Assembly (NCBI GenBank): GCA_032718475.1
Contig: JAUCBJ010001685.1
Location: 1-61,423 of the forward strand
Direction: 5' to 3'
Length of the DNA stretch: 61,423 bases
Origin: Nemertoderma westbladi
Lineage: Eukaryota; Animalia; Xenacoelomorpha
Part shown: piece by piece, positions 60,077 to 61,423 of the stretch
Position numbering within the stretch: position 1 is the first letter of the stretch
How the letters are laid out: each line of letters begins with the position of its first letter
Program-made: the position numbers and the translations under genes
The notes under the pieces: generated by a model
Told to the model about the DNA's origin: nothing
Databases searched by the model: none
What the model saw: only the letters and a program-made list of their open reading frames with translations

Positions 60077-60440
60077 AACGGCGGAAGCAATGTCCGCAAA
60101 GCGGAGGCGGCTGTGTTCTAGTGTTAAGCTTGGGGGAACCAATCAGACACCTCCAATGTTATATAGTGTCTGGTTGGAGATGTGGGCTGGGCATTGTACT
60201 TGACACAGTGAACCCGGAGCAGCATTCTTGTGAAAATGCCATCCAGAGATTTAGTTTCCTCGGCACTTAGAGCCCAGCATGGACTCACATAGAGGAGTAC
60301 TGGAACTACAGCTGCTCTAAATAATCGGAACTTAAGTTTTCGATTAATTCTGTGTGACTTGCAAATCCTGGAAAGCCCATTCAAGGCTGCCCTGTCCATG
60401 CCTTTCCCTTAAGTATTCGAAGATCCTCATCTGACTTCCT
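60077..60440 (-). mobile_element. Second, decayed RTE fragment of the same family as 17689
   Basis: AALNGLSRICKSHRINRKLKFRLFRAAVVPVLLYVSPCWALS aligns with the 17689 ORF; frameshifted. Confidence 0.85.
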
Positions 60441-60556
60441 GTTCAAAATTAAGTTGCTAAACAAGTAGCCGAAAAAGTTGCCACGTGTAAACCGGCTTTA
60501 CCTGCCGCCCATTCTAGAACAACTATTTATAATATTAATTATTTTTTCCTCTATAG

Positions 60557-60684
60557 ACCCGATATTCCCACTGACATTCCTGGTAGATTCTTGGATTCCC
60601 GGTTTATTCGATGGTTTATTCCAATCCACCTTCCTTTCTGTGCTTCTCCTGTTTTGGTTATGTGTTTATCATGGAATACGACAG
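60557..60684 (+). CDS. TMEM181: TMEM181 exon 6
   Basis: TTTTTTCCTCTATAG|AC CCG...CAG|GTGAGT. Encodes (D)PIFPLTFLVDSWIPGLFDGLFQSTFLSVLLLFWLCVYHGIRQ, matching TMEM181 DPFFPL.FLV.SW.PG..D.LFQ...LLLFWLCVYHGIR. Confidence 0.96.
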
Positions 60685-61226
60685 GTGAGTAATTTTCTTA
60701 CTACCTCGTTACCTACAGTGCTTACTATACCAGATTGTTATACTTTTTTTCTCTAGCACTTATTTTTTTAATTATTTTTTCAGGAAATTTCCAGTTTTAC
60801 TGTGATTTCCTCTCAGCGCTCCTTGTTTTAATTTTTATTCGTCCCGATTTATGTCCTACCCTGTTAAGTTAATAATAATCAGTTGCTTCGAAATAGGATA
60901 ACATCAACATTCAACAAGTCACTTTCTTATTTATAAATTCATTATTTTGATGGGCGGCGTCTTTCCTTTTTCTTTTTTCAAAATTTCATGCATTTTTTTA
61001 CCCGTGTCCTATCCTTTTTTAATTGAGTTGTTAATTTTCCTATTTTTTGCAGGAAGGCATGCTAAACGCATTGATCGGCACAGACCATTATCCTTGATTT
61101 GATTGGCTTCCCTTTCTAAAGGCGACACATATAATTATACATTCAGTTTATCACGGCATAATATGTGTATAGGCTATACCGCGACCAATCATTATTTGAT
61201 CGCTGTGGTTTGTTTTTTTATTTTAG

Positions 61227-61376
61227 TGCGAGCGACGGATAGTAACGTTCTACGTACCCAAAGTAGTCCTTGTATTCCTCCTATGGTTAGCCATGTTCTC
61301 TATAGCAACCTTGCAGTCTTACAGTGAACTAGATGACCCATCCTATTCATACAAGGTGGATCTCACAGGATTCAAC
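61227..61376 (+). CDS. TMEM181: TMEM181 exon 7 (gene continues beyond the window)
   Basis: TTTTAG|TGC...AAC|GTTAGT, 150 nt. Encodes CERRIVTFYVPKVVLVFLLWLAMFSIATLQSYSELDDPSYSYKVDLTGFN, matching ER...TFY.PK...V.LLWL...EL.DP.Y.Y.VD...F. Confidence 0.92.
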
Positions 61377-61423
61377 GTTAGTTCCTCTTTTATTGTTGTT
61401 TTATTTCAATAACAAGTTTTTAA

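Noticed and set aside
61053-61097. Alternative TMEM181 exon after the strong acceptor TTTTTTGCAG at 61052
   Set aside because: The phase-0 reading hits TGA after 14 codons and has no TMEM181 similarity; the exon at 61227 supplies the expected sequence.

Overview
AT-rich animal genomic DNA, probably a marine invertebrate; the abundant TAGGCCTA motifs hint at an echinoderm, but this is not established. The backbone is one + strand gene, a TMEM181 orthologue. Seven coding exons can be joined with consistent GT-AG sites and phases (2495-2511, 3896-4073, 9810-10022, 25340-25459, 28146-28326, 60557-60684, 61227-61376), and the gene runs off the right edge. Two intact genes with uninterrupted coding regions sit antisense inside its introns: a P2X purinoceptor (22184-23455, intron 3) and an ICE1-like little elongation complex scaffold (45982-50967, intron 5). 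The most striking structure is that two different TMEM181 exon/intron junctions have each been amplified as 51-bp, frame-preserving tandem arrays made of exon tail plus 5' splice site: 13 donors at exon 3 and about 322 donors over 16.4 kb at exon 5. The rest of the introns hold minisatellites, TIR elements with readable TSDs (Mutator-like, Kolobok-like, Harbinger-like, hAT-like), RTE fragments, a 5'-truncated CRE-like retroelement, a cluster of hairpins with compensatory stem changes, and repeated X-box plus forkhead modules. All family assignments are from motif recognition by eye, not database searches. Most long ORFs in the supplied track are repeat artefacts.
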